In this document: in pieces, positions 1-11,747 of the stretch
Layout of the letters: each line of letters starts with the position of its first letter
Position numbering within the stretch: the first letter of the stretch is position 1
NCBI RefSeq assembly: GCF_000485595.1
Contig: NW_014577067.1
Span: 468,941-532,940, forward strand
Direction: 5' to 3'
DNA: 64,000 nucleotides
From: Priapulus caudatus
Lineage: Eukaryota
Made by a program: the position numbers and the translations under genes
Notes under the pieces: model-generated
Databases searched by the model: none
Told to the model about the DNA's origin: nothing
Seen by the model: the letters and a program-made list of their open reading frames with translations, nothing else

Positions 1-581
1 AATTTATCTGAATTGTAATTCCGTTACCGTGGAATTGCCCTATTGGTTCGAAACATAAGAAAGAATGGAAAAAATATGTGAAGGAGACTATTTTAAAAAC
101 AATAATTATGAGAGATACAATGAGGTCTGGTGAGAAAACAAAAATGAAAATGATAAATATCGAAAGCTATGTATTAAAGCCATATATGACAAAACTGTCA
201 TTTGATGATGCATGCCTTGTGTTTAGGTGTAAGACGTGCATGATTAACTTAAAAAGTTATTTTAAAAATAACTACAGTAACGAAAGATGTGATTTGTGTG
301 ATGAAAATAAAAAAGAAAATTTGGAACATTTATACTCGTGTAAGATATATAGAGGGTATAATAAAGGGGAACGGGTAGAAGATTGGAAAAGTGATGACCC
401 AAAAATACTAAAACCAGCACTAGAATATGTTAAAAAGGCACTATCAATTAGAGAAAGTAAATTAATTAATGCTAACTTGTAGACAGAATTTCATTATCTA
501 CAGGATTTCCCCGCACATTCCAAGGAGAATCTGTGCCTTGTGAAATACAAGAGAGGGACCCCAAGATACAAGATACAAGAT
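1..581 (+). mobile_element. 3' fragment of a non-LTR retrotransposon (C-terminal zinc-binding region of the RT ORF plus tandem-repeat tail), inside RPF1 intron 1
   Basis: ORF 78..482 has FRCKT...CDLC...ENLEHLYSC, a CxxC...H...C motif typical of LINE ORF2 C-termini. It ends in a (CAAGATA)n tail at ~562-581. A second truncated copy lies at ~25963-26238. Confidence 0.7.
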
Positions 582-628
582 CCGGCATCCCGCATCCGGG
601 CAATCCGCAATATAAACTTGAAATGTAC

Positions 629-781
629 CTTTCGCTTTTCTCTTTTGATCTTCACAAAAGTCTCTGCACGCTTAAATTTGTTTTTGATGCTGGATATATT
701 TGGCGGTGGGATAGTACTATTATCACCATCATCATCTTGTTTTGACATATGACGAACATGCCTTCGCGTGGACGACGCCAT
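629..781 (-). CDS. RPF1: Ribosome production factor 1 (Brix family), first coding exon; gene continues beyond the window start
   Basis: ATG at 781 gives MASSTRR...IPPPNISSIKNKFKRAETFVKIKREKRK, resembling the RPF1 N-terminal S-x-IKNK-x-RR/basic segment. The exon is 153 nt (phase 0) and ends at AAG|GTACAT. Confidence 0.7.
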
Positions 782-1911
782 GATGTTTCCTAACGGCGCG
801 TGCCGCAACACGCTGCAATAGGTAAACCAATGTCAGTATTTGTTTCAATGAACTTTCTCAAAGTAATTTAGCCATTAGGTGATATAGGAGTTGTATTATA
901 AGCATGCTTGATATTATCTGCATGTATCTTATAGCGACCTCATTTTTATTATAACATAATAAAATAATATCATAGCATATTTCTCCAGAAGGTAAAGGAC
1001 GTTATGGAAGTGGTTGCTTCCTCAGCCGCGTTTTCGGATTCCGTCCTCAAAAACAAACAAGTGCGTAGGCCTAGATATCCGATGCTGTTGCGTTTTCTAC
1101 ATGACAGTATAGTGCTCTGCTCTCAACTTTTCTGTGCTTGTTTATAGTTCTAAATAGTTACAACGACTAGTGCCTATTCAGGCTATTGGTCCCAAGTGCC
1201 AGTGCCAGTATCCCTCCTCCTAACTTTTCTTTCCTCTATTCTTTGCTGAAAACAATAGAAAATTGATTAATTTCATAGCATGTGATTATATATATATATA
1301 TATATATATGCAAGTTTATTTTCCATGCAGTTTACATCTTCTGGTTACAGAATTTTAATCATGGGACTATATGGACTATTTTGGACAATGACAACAGTGC
1401 AAAATATTTTTAAATCTCCTTTGGCACTAGGGTAATATTTTTTATAATTTTTATGGATCTAATTAAATATAGTTTCATGGCTGCTATAGATATCTGAAAT
1501 TTGGTATACTAATGCTCAGGAACACATAGTATGTGAATATATGGAGTACATACATGTGAAGTATGCAAGTAATTGTATACATGGACAATTTTGGGGAAAA
1601 CGTCAAATTGTGAAAAATGAATTGAATGAAATAATTTCATCACCCATACTCATCATCAGTCATAGCTGCCAGAAATTTTTTACACTAGTGTACAACAAAC
1701 ATAGTATGTAAATATGTAGAATAATTACATGCAAATTCAAATTCAGTTGTGTGAATGGTCGGAACTAAATTTCTACGACATTGGAAACATGTTTTCGAAA
1801 AGTTTGTTTTATGAAAACACAATTTTCACAGTGATATATTGTCATTTAAGAGCCTGGAAACACCCTTACTTGGATACATTAACGTATGGCCTACAGTTAT
1901 ATCATTATCAG

Positions 1912-2491
1912 CAGGGCTCACAAGCCTCACGCATTTGGCGTGAGACTCACGCAATTCAGCACAATCTCACGCACGTTTCTGATAGTCCCCGAAAATCTCA
2001 TGCAATTGCAAGAATCCAGTTTTTATTCGTTGCGTGGAGTGGGTCTAGCCAAACTTTGCCGAAAAACGCAGGACACGAGGCACGGGAATCTCGACATTTA
2101 TTACTTGTGGCGCACCCAGCGACTGATTTTGCTAATCTGATGTCACGCGTTACTATAAATAGCCTTTCGCAGCATTGGCCGGGTGCGAAGCCTGATGGAA
2201 TCCTGCTAATATTTTTAGTACTGTTACGATCACTATGTCTATGATTTTTGTACATTGTATGTTTTTCATGCTTATTTAAGCAACAAATATCATGTTCAGA
2301 TTGCTGCTGAGGGCATCAAATAGCACCCCATTTTTAACAAATTTTCCTATCTGGGGGAGGGGGGACACCCCCTGCCTCCACCCACCCCCCTTCGCGCCTG
2401 CGGCGCGCAAAGGCTACTTAGCATTCGGCCTTAGATTGTCTGATTCAAAATAAATCTCACTCATTTTTAAAGCTACCCCTTGAGAGCCCTG
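1912..2491. mobile_element. MITE with CAGGGCTC...GAGCCCTG termini
   Basis: TIRs cagggctcacaag / cttgagagccctg. Flanks tatcag / taccag are a possible 6-bp TSD with one mismatch. Confidence 0.55.
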
Positions 2492-2706
2492 TACCAGTAA
2501 GAAGTCACAGCGAACTTCCTAGCGGCTTTGGTCAGGCAAGATGGTTCTAATTGTGAATGCAAAGTTTTATGTCATGTCGTAATTTATTTTAAAAGTTATG
2601 TCATCCTAAAGTGGCTACACTGGTTCGATTGCAATGATGACTGGCCGAATAATAAACAATCAATAAATCAATGAATGGGACACAACTACCACTACCAGTA
2701 CCAATA

Positions 2707-3479
2707 TTAACCCGACCAGGCTGTGTGACTGACGTCAATATACAGCCTGACATCCATCCATTGGGAAATCTTGTACCTCTACAAAAACTGCCAAACAATT
2801 ACGTATATCTCAAATAAAATAATCATCTAAGCATTTCTGCCTTGTTTTGTATTAAGTATAACGTTCACTTATAGTATTCCAGCGTTGTTATTAAAACTAA
2901 TACCTCAGTTCACTGTGCACAGTGTAAATTTCAAGATCCAAACCGAAATTTCAACTAACCGCCAACCGCCATGTTTCCAGTGCGCATGCTTTGGAACGGC
3001 ACGCGGAAAACCCGAAACGACATAACATACCATAGCGTTGCAACTCGCGTTGGCGCGAGCATAAATAAGCATCGTATATTCAAATATATATAAATATTAA
3101 AACATTGAAAACCAGGAAACATCAATCTACAACAACTTAATAATTATCACTGCGAAGATATGTACTTGCCTTGTGTTTAGGCCTACGCACCGTGAAAATC
3201 AGGTCCATTGCCGATTTTAGTCGCACTGAACATGGCGGACGTGGCGGCTGTCTGGTTGTTTTGATCCAATTCATCTCAGAAAAACGGCATAACTCGATAA
3301 ATAAGTAGCGCCCATTAGCGCCCAGTTACCGCGAGCAAGCCAGAGGTTTATAGATTCGTTTGAGCTATTACATGTAACGCTAGCTGTGTCAATGGTTGGA
3401 TACCGAGCCAACTACAAGGTTTTATGTGCAAGAATTTGAAACGGTATTCTAACCCTAGCAATACCGTTTCTTGGAGCTA
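2707..3479 (+). mobile_element. ~773-bp non-autonomous element without clear TIRs, copy 1, 8-bp TSD TACCAATA
   Basis: taccaata at 2699-2706 and 3480-3487. The sequence is the near-identical reverse complement of 3763-4542. Confidence 0.8.
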
Positions 3480-3548
3480 TACCAATATATATGACAATGT
3501 AGTGAATGTACCATCCACTGATCCAGAACTAGTAATAGTATTAATAAT

Positions 3549-4554
3549 GCTGAGAGGGTCTATGTCCCCCAGGGTACTGCCGGAACGTACCCTGGGTACG
3601 GTCCAGTATACCGGAACGTACCCTGGTACCAGAGCATATAAATGCCGGACCGTACCTCGCCTACTCCACTAACGAGTCGCCTACGCCTACTCCCTAACCC
3701 TAACCATATCAGATAGTTACCAGGGTACGTTCCGGCAGTACCCTGGGGGACATAGACCCTATTAGCTCCAAGAAACGGTATTGCTAGGGTTAGAATATAC
3801 CGCAAATTCTTGCCCATAAAACCTTGTAGTTGGCTCGGTAACCAACTATCGACACACCTAGTGTGACATGTAATAGCTCAAACGAATCTATAAACCTCTG
3901 GCTTGCTCGCGGTAACTGGGCGCTAATGGGCGCTACTTATTTATCGAGTTATATGCCGTTTTTCTGAGATGAATTGGATTAAAACAACCAGACAGCCGCC
4001 ATGTCCGCCATGTTCAGTGCGACTAAAATCGCCAATGGACCTGATTTTCACGGTGCGTAGGCCTAAACACAAGGCAAGTACATATCTTCGCAATAATAAT
4101 TATTAAGTTGTTGTAGATTGATGTTTCCTGGTTTTCAATGTTTTAATATTTATATATATACGAGTATATGATGCTCATTTCTGCTCGCGCCAACGCGAGT
4201 TGCAACGCTATGGTATGTTATGTCGTTTCAGGTTTTCCGCGTGCCGTTCCAAAGCATGCGCACTGGAAACATGGCGGTTGGCGGTTAGTTGAAATTTCGG
4301 TTCGGCTCTGGAAATTTACACTGTGCACAGCGAACTGAGGTATTAGTTTTAATAACAATGCTAGAATACTATAGTATAAGGTAAAAGTCATACTTAATAC
4401 AAAACAAGGCAGAAATGATTAGATGATTATTTTATTTGAGATATACGCAATTGTTCGGCAGTTTTTGTAGAGGTACAAGATTTTCCAATGGATGGATGTC
4501 AGGCTGTATATTGACATCAGTCACACAGCCTGGTCGGGTTAAGACCCTATGAGC
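3549..4554. mobile_element. Palindromic MITE carrying CCCTAA motifs; its right TIR is interrupted by the 3763-4542 insertion
   Basis: Termini gctgagagggtc (3549) and gaccctat|insertion|gaccctatgagc (4543-4554). Same family as the intact copy at 48172-48421. Confidence 0.75.
3763..4542 (-). mobile_element. ~780-bp non-autonomous element, copy 2 (inverted), 8-bp TSD GACCCTAT
   Basis: gaccctat at 3755-3762 and 4543-4550. Reverse complement of 2707-3479. Confidence 0.8.
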
Positions 4555-5964
4555 ATTACTATCCAAACTACAGGCACTTGGAATGTCTCAATAAAAAAAA
4601 TTAATGGTAAATAAACACGAAATGTATCAGTCTTAATGTTTCTCTACTCTATTTCGCCTATAATCACCTGTAAATGCCAGTCAAATGCTCATCTGCAATG
4701 TAAACAAGAATGCGAGTTCACGTAGAAATGATGAAGAAGATCCAAACTGGTGTGGTAAACTGTACAACCTTTAATACTCATACACCGTGTAGCCACCTCA
4801 TCAGACAATCGCACAAACAGACAAAGAACGCGCACACGCGCATACGCGCGTCTGCTCACTCTCGCGCCCAGAACCAGAATCCCCCCCCCCTATTACATCT
4901 CTCCCTATATATTCGCCCAAAACTCCCTACATCTTGAGCGCACATGTCACCCGTTCTGTCCAGTTCCAACCGTTCCCCTCCTTTCACAATCACCCTAGAA
5001 ACTACCTAACCTAGAACCCGCTTATCCAACTCCCTGTAACATCAATGCCGCCGCCCAATATGTGCGACGTTCTGTCTAGCTAGACTATGGCTAAAACAAC
5101 TACCAGTCTAGCTCCACGCACTAATCCATGTGACACGTACCAAAACAGATGTTACATTATCTCCCTTTTCCCAAAAACGATGACAACCCTGTCATCGCTT
5201 CAGCGTCCTCGCTGCTCTACACTTTACCCTGAACCTAACCAATTCTAAAAAAAAATTACTACCCAACGAGAGAAACGTCTTTCTGTCCGATTAAACCCCC
5301 CACAATCAANNNNNNNNNNNNNNNNNNNNNNNNNNNNNNNNNNNNNNNNNNNNNNNNNNNNNNNNNNNNNNNNNNNNNNNNNNNNNNNNNNNNNNNNNNN
5401 NNNNNNNNNNNNNNNNNNNNNNNNNNNNNNNNNNNNNNNNNNNNNNNNNNNNNNNNNNNNNNNNNNNNNNNNNNNNNNNNNNNNNNNNNNNNNNNNNNNN
5501 NNNNNNNNNNNNNNNNNNNNNNNNNNNNNNNNNNNNNNNNNNNNNNNNNNNNNNNNNNNNNNNNNNNNNNNNNNNNNNNNNNNNNNNNNNNNNNNNNNNN
5601 NNNNNNNNNNNNNNNNNNNNNNNNNNNNNNNNNNNNNNNNNNNNNNNNNNNNNNNNNNNNNNNNNNNNNNNNNNNNNNNNNNNNNNNNNNNNNNNNNNNN
5701 NNNNNNNNNNNNNNNNNNNNNNNNNNNNNNNNNNNNNNNNNNNNNNNNNNNNNNNNNNNNNNNNNNNNNNNNNNNNNNNNNNNNNNNNNNNNNNNNNNNN
5801 NNNNNNNNNNNNNNNNNNNNNNNNNNNNNNNNNNNNNNNNNNNNNNNNNNNNNNNNNNNNNNNNNNNNNNNNNNNNNNNNNNNNNNNNNNNNNNNNNNNN
5901 NNNNNNNNNCCCCCCGAACCCCCCCTGGCTACGGGCCTGTAGTAATACTAATAAATTATGAAGT

Positions 5965-6070
5965 ACTAGGCCGTGGCTACGCGACCGGTTCCGGACGAGG
6001 AGCCGCTAGGCTACGCGTCCGGACAACCATCTCACACAGTGAGCTTGCGACACGTACACGCATGATTGCC

Positions 6071-6110
<40 letters not shown>

Positions 6111-6202
6111 ATGGGAATGTGTATATGTGTGTGTATGCGAGAGAGAGAGAGAGAGCCTCGGAGAGGTGTGTGTGTGAGAGAGAGCGAGAGAGAGCTGCGC
6201 GC

Positions 6203-6233
<31 letters not shown>

Positions 6234-6810
6234 CAGTAGAGGACGGATGAAAGGATAGATGGCAGCAGAGCGTCCCGTTGCGCAATCATGCGTGTACGCG
6301 AGTTGCACGATCAATGTGTGAGCACAGGCACTTGAAGCGCTTCAATAAAATATAATGCTAATTCTAAATACGAAATCTATTTATTACCAAATTCTTAATG
6401 TTTCTATACTCTCTTTCGCCTATTATTGCCGACAGTCTCCTGTAAATTCTGTCCAAATCCTACGTGCAACCATATACGCTGCCGGCGGCCATTGCTCTCC
6501 CGGCTCCACTGTTGTACTTGCACGGTTACACTAATATATATAGCAGGTAGGAAAGCAGGATCGCAAAATTCGCTCGACGCTCGCTTGATTTCACACTTTA
6601 ACAGCACGAATACACATCCAACAGCTGCCATCTTTGTTTCTATGTCAAGAACAGTGTTCACTTGTTATAAAAAAAATACTGTCTCTGTTCGTAACCGAGC
6701 TGTGTCATGCGAAATCACACAAATACTGACAAAATTCTCGCGTTCGCGAACCTTGCCCAGTAATGAGTAACGCCACTGATTTCCGCAGGCAACGCCAGGT
6801 ATCCCGCTAG
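5965..6810 (+). mobile_element. Possible non-autonomous Helitron-like element with internal (GT)n/(GA)n microsatellites
   Basis: Starts TACTAG and ends ...ggcaacgccaggtatcccgCTAG after a weak hairpin. Segment 6325-6425 is similar to 4571-4665. Confidence 0.35.
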
Positions 6811-8700
6811 TTACAGTAATAAAACAGCATATCATGTTCTTCCTTGTGTTTATTAGTCATTATCAATGTCCATAATCATAATCCACTTTGACAGCACAGA
6901 GACAGACTGGTAGTATGGTACACATCGGTAGCAACGTAGTAGCGTCTCATAACATTGCGAGTGGAGCCGTCATACGTACACCAGTCTAACCATGTGTCGA
7001 TCATACAGTCATGTCGATTGGTCGAAATCTGAGACACTTGCTCAGGCCAAACCCACGGTCACCCACCAATGAGAAACGATTTCATGTTACTCGCAGCTAA
7101 TTCCGCACGCGACTGGCAACTTGCCCTTTAGTTTACTACACTTTGGTGCGCAGCTTGGAAAAGGGTTCCAGGCTATCGCTCTTTCATTTACAATCAGGCT
7201 GCGCGAATATGCAGTGGGCGAACGCATTGTTTACATGTATGTCACGGTTTATCACGGATTAGTTTTCAAATAAATACCCCTGGAAGTTAACATGCAAGAA
7301 AAGATTTCTACAGGTAACAGTTTCTCAGTGTTTCGAATTTTCGGTGATCAAATAGCTGTAGGATCAGCGGGCCTGTTTTATCAAGAAGCTGTAGGCCCGG
7401 CATCGAAACTGTTGCTGCCCTTAATTTCGAATCCTGATAGCAGTGGAAAAGCTAAGAGTACGAATATTAATTGTAGCTCTAATTCAATATGTTGCAGAGC
7501 TCTAGACTAGTAACTATAGGCCTCATATGTCTCCTGAACTGCTCTATAATGTGGCATATTTAATTTGCCAGCTATGACTGAGTCAGAAAATGGGTTAGAT
7601 TGTATGGTACTTGTTAGTATATTATTGTGGTATTCTATACTGACTTAAGTGATGGTTATTCTAGATTTCTGCTAAAGTCCAAGCGATTGACACAGACATA
7701 GTTTGCACAGCATTTGCTGACAAAACTTTCATCATCGTTACCCAACTTGGTAAAATTGGAGGACTGGTAATTATACAATTGCTTGTTACTAGTATAGATT
7801 TCTATACCGTTTAATATTGTGTTCTGAATAATATTACTGGAATCAATTAACAGGCTATGAAACAACCAGAACTGAAACAATAATCAACTCAAACAAAAAC
7901 CTAATTACAGAAACTAGTAATTCTCTTGTTTCGCTGTATTGTCGCAGTAGATTATGCTAATATTCCCTAGTATTAAATTAGTAAATTCCTTCATTATTTA
8001 TGTATCATAGTACATTGAAAATGGATCTGCATGTTATCAGTCAGGTCGGCTGTAATAATTATTACAGATACTGGTTACCAAGGACAACGTAGTTGGGGAC
8101 TGCAAAGAGCCAACCTTCTCTGTCAGGGTTCTTTTGGGCAAGGACGACGTAAGTGTATTTTGGCTGAACAGATTGACTGTGCAGTTTGGTTTAATGAAAG
8201 GTGGTGAGACATGTGTTTAAAATGTTAATAAATTCAGTAGTGAAAGCGATATTGTTCTACTAAAGTAGGTAGGCATGAGAATGCTATGATAAACAGTCAA
8301 GCCCCTTGAAGAAAATCTCTTGACCATTTGAAACCAACCAACCAACCAACCCACCAACCAACCGACCGACGATGTTGACCATGAAAATATTCTGTCGATT
8401 CAATTCGATACACACACACACGTGCATGCACACACTGCTCTATGGAAATGTACACGATAACCCTCTCATTAGCTTTCAAGTGCAGAGCGTCTCGTGCTAA
8501 CGCTGCTCTCCTGTAATTCTAGGCGGTGCACTGCGTGATTGCGAGGAGGATCGCGGCCGTGACGGGACTAGAGAAGCCCGTCCTCGTCGCGTTGGCGCTG
8601 AAGGACACGTCCGTGGCGACGGCTCGCGAGCTCGAAGAGCTGGTGCGTACCTGCTCCGTGTGGTGATCCGCACGACCCCACCATCGGCGCCGCGCGCTCG

Positions 8701-9159
8701 ATGTCTGCTGGATCAAAGTGCCAGGTCTGCAGTGCACAGCGGCAGCGCTACCGGTGTCCCACCTGTCGAATCCCCTACTGCTCCGTCGCGTGCTTCAAGG
8801 TGCACAAGGAGAATCGTTGCGAGGCGAAGGAGGAGGTCGCGAGGACGGCGCCGCGCGGAGGAGGAGGAGACGTGCGAGTCGAGGACGCGATCGGAGAGAG
8901 CGGCGACAGGGTCGCGTCGGAGACGCTCGATTGGCTGCGGTCGAGCGAGGAGGTCAAGGATCTGCTGAGCAATCCTCACCTGAGAGCGATCATTAGGGAG
9001 CTGAACGCGAGCGCGTCCGTGCCGCAGTTCATCGACAAGTGCATGCGAGAGCCGATCTTCACGGAATTTGCCAACGCGTGCCTGCGCTCGGTGCGAGAGG
9101 GACCGGCGGGCGTGCCAGAGGCCGCGGACGCCATCTCTGACGAAGACGACACGAACTGA
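8701..9159 (+). CDS. ZNHIT3: Zinc finger HIT domain-containing protein 3 (box C/D snoRNP assembly factor), intronless CDS, 152 aa
   Basis: N-terminal HIT finger CQVC...YRCPTCRIPYCSVACFKVHK. C-terminal domain LRSSEEVKDLLSNPHLR...MREPIFTEFANACL matches the ZNHIT3/Hit1 pattern. Confidence 0.9.
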   Translation: MSAGSKCQVCSAQRQRYRCPTCRIPYCSVACFKVHKENRCEAKEEVARTAPRGGGGDVRVEDAIGESGDRVASETLDWLRSSEEVKDLLSNPHLRAIIRELNASASVPQFIDKCMREPIFTEFANACLRSVREGPAGVPEAADAISDEDDTN

Positions 9160-9189
9160 ACGTTCCCGTCCGGTTTGGCGGTATTAATG

Positions 9190-9730
9190 ATTGCAAAGCT
9201 GATGTCGCATACGTTGTAGAGCATTTCAAAGGTGATATTACGTACGTTATAAAGCATTGCATAGGTTATGTATTGAACATTGTGAATCATTGCGAAGCTG
9301 ATGTTGCATACATTATAAAGCATTGCAAGGGTAATGTTGCGTACATTGTAAATCATTTCAAAGGTGATATTGCATACATTATTACACATTGAAACGTTGA
9401 TATATTGTGTACATTGTAAAGCTTCAAAAGGTGATATTGTGTATATTCTAAAGCATTCCAAAGGTGATATCAGACACGTTCTAAAGCGTCAGGGGTGATA
9501 TTGCGTACATAGCAATTCATTATCAAGGTGATATCGTGTGTATTGTTATGCTTATTGTTCTGCAATTTTAAAACATTGTCAGCGTGATATTGCATACATT
9601 GTTAAGCATTGTCAGTGTGATATTGCCAGGAGTAGATTGTCATTATCTACCCCTGATATCGCATACACTGTTAAGCATTGTTATTGTGACATTGCCTACA
9701 TTCATAAGCATTGTCAGTGTGACATTGTGC
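9190..9730. repeat. Degenerate ~33-bp tandem repeat between ZNHIT3 and RPE
   Basis: Consensus approximately aagcattgcaaaggtgatattgcatacattgta. It produces the 11-aa periodicity of antisense ORF 8976..9461. Confidence 0.8.
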
Positions 9731-9843
9731 ACAAAGCGAGTGCACATCGTAGAAAAAAAGTAACCCACGGCACCGAGAAGCTTTCAGCCTCAATATCGTC
9801 GTCGTATCATCGTATATCAATGTCGTCGGTAATGTCGCACAAG

Positions 9844-10338
9844 ATGGCGGCCGGCAACTGCGGCGACGGTCCGCGAGCGCTCATCGGCCCGTCGATCCTC
9901 AACGCCGACCTCGCCGACCTTGCGGCCGAGTCGAACCGGCTGCTGGATGCCGGCGCCGACTACCTCCACCTGGACGTCATGGACGGCCACTTCGTGCCGA
10001 ACCTGACCATCGGCCACCCCGTGATCAAGTGCCTGCGGCGGCGCGTGCCCGCGGCCTTCTTCGACATGCACATGATGGTCGAGCGGCCGGAACGCTGGGT
10101 GCAGCCGATGGCCGACGCCGGCGCCGACCAGTACACGTTCCACGTGGAGGCGGCGGGCGACGTCGCGGCGATGGTGCGGCACGTGCGCGAGGCCGGGATG
10201 CGCGTCGGAGTCGCGCTGAAGCCGGGCACGGCCGTCGACGTCGTCACGCCGTGGGTCGATCGCGTCGACATGGTGCTCGTGATGACCGTCGAGCCGGGGT
10301 TCGGTGGACAGAGCTTCATGGCCGACATGATGGCGAAG
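9844..10338 (+). CDS. RPE: Ribulose-phosphate 3-epimerase, coding exon 1 (in-frame ATGs also at 9820 and 9832)
   Basis: Motifs [51 protein letters not shown]. Donor AAG|GTGAGC at 10338/10339, phase 0. Confidence 0.93.
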
Positions 10339-10795
10339 GTGAGCACGCGTGGGGTGCGGTGGTGTATGGGGTTGGTGGGTGGTGTGTGTGTGTGTGTGTT
10401 CGAGCGTGGGGTGGGGGTAAGGTGGTGTGTGTCTGGGGTGGGGTGGGTTCGGTGGACAGAGCTTCATGGCCGACATGATGGCGAAGGTGAGCACGCGTGG
10501 GGTGCGGTGGTGTATGGGGTTGGTGGGTGGTGTGTGTGTGTGTGTGTTCAAGCGTGGGGTGGGGGTAAGGTGGTGTGTGTCTGGGGTGGGGTGGGTTCGG
10601 CGGAGAGAGCTTCATGGCCGACATGATGGCGAAGGTGAGCACGCGTGGGGTGCGGTGGTGTCTGCTGTAGGTGGGTGGTGTGTGTGTGTGTGTTCAAGCG
10701 TGGGGTGGGGGTAAGGTGGTGTGTGTCTGGGGTGGGGTGGGTTCGGCGGAGAGAGCTTCATGGCCGACATGATGGCGAAGGTGGTGAGCGCGCGT
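10296..10795 (+). repeat. ~148-bp tandem repeat that copies the RPE exon-1 3' end and splice donor
   Basis: Four copies of gagcttcatggccgacatgatggcgaagGT, with GT at 10339, 10487, 10635 and 10781. Confidence 0.9.
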
Positions 10796-11540
10796 GGGGG
10801 TGGTGAGTGCGCGTGGGGGTGGGGTGGAGAGGGATGGGGTGGGCGGAGTACAGCTCATCGTAAGCGCTTGTGCAAGGGTGTGGGCTGGGTGGGATGGGGG
10901 TAAGTGCGTGTGGTCGTGTGGGGTGGATGGGATAGGAGTAGAGCTGACCCTGAGCGCTCGTGCAGGGGTGAGGGGGTCGAGGATGATTTTGGAGAGGGTG
11001 AGGGTAGTGTTGTCGTCTTTGCGGGGAAGCAGATTTGGAGACTGGGTTAAAGGCCCGCAAACGGTGCAAGAAAGTTTTGTTATTTGCTGCTAGGTGGAAT
11101 GTATTTTCGGGAGAATTGTTTGAGATGAGTGTAGAAAGTCTAAATAATGTATTTTCGTGCATGATTCTAGTGGGGCAGTGGGGTAAGTCTACACTACCGT
11201 TATATCGCAAAAAAACACTGTTGTGCATGAGCTAAACGTTTCACTTGTTACTTAAGGGTTTCGTAAGTGGCTATGCAGCCAGGTATTTCAACTCTGACGT
11301 TTAAGTCCACGCGGTTGGCCTATGAAGCCAACGTTCCTCTCTTCTTTATAGTGTTAGATTTTCTGGTGATTATGGGGACTTGAAACGTTTTTCTGTCGTT
11401 TTTTTTTCAACTCTGACGTTTGTAAGTCCCCAATTATGAAGCGAAAATTCCTCGCTATTCTTTCTAATGTTTCTTTCTTTTCTTCTCTCTTTTTTCTGGT
11501 GATTAATGGGTCTTTAAACGTGTTTTTCTTTCCGTCGCAG

Positions 11541-11747
11541 GTGCGGTATCTCCGTGAGAACTTCAAAGACCTCGACATTGAGGTCGATGGAGGGGTCGGG
11601 CCGGTGAACATCGACGCGTGCGCCGACGCTGGCGCCAACATGATCGTCAGCGGCACGGCGCTGGTGACGAGCAGCGACCCCGCGCAGGCGATGATGACGA
11701 TGCGCACGAGCGTCACGCGCGGACTCGACGCCTTCAAGAAGGTCTAG
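11541..11747 (+). CDS. RPE: Ribulose-phosphate 3-epimerase, coding exon 2 (total ~233 aa)
   Basis: Polypyrimidine tract plus CAG at 11538-11540. Encodes VRYLRENFKDLDIEVDGGVG...AGANMIVSGTA. Stop TAG at 11745-11747. Confidence 0.93.
   Translation: MRYLRENFKDLDIEVDGGVGPVNIDACADAGANMIVSGTALVTSSDPAQAMMTMRTSVTRGLDAFKKV

Noticed and set aside
2711..4538. Single piggyBac-like element with 770-bp TIRs (TTAA-CCC...GGG-TTAA)
   Set aside because: Each arm has its own distinct 8-bp TSD and one arm interrupts another MITE, so two separate insertions explain it better.
5977..6314. ORFs rich in HT/LS/RE/VC dipeptides (also at 24747-25235, 29637-29945, 30311-30538, 38450-38943, 63505-63986)
   Set aside because: Translations of microsatellites or low-complexity DNA.
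9538..10626. 362-aa RPE with N- and C-terminal extensions
   Set aside because: The extensions are read-through into the upstream tandem repeat and the intron. Splicing 10338->11541 restores a normal-length RPE.
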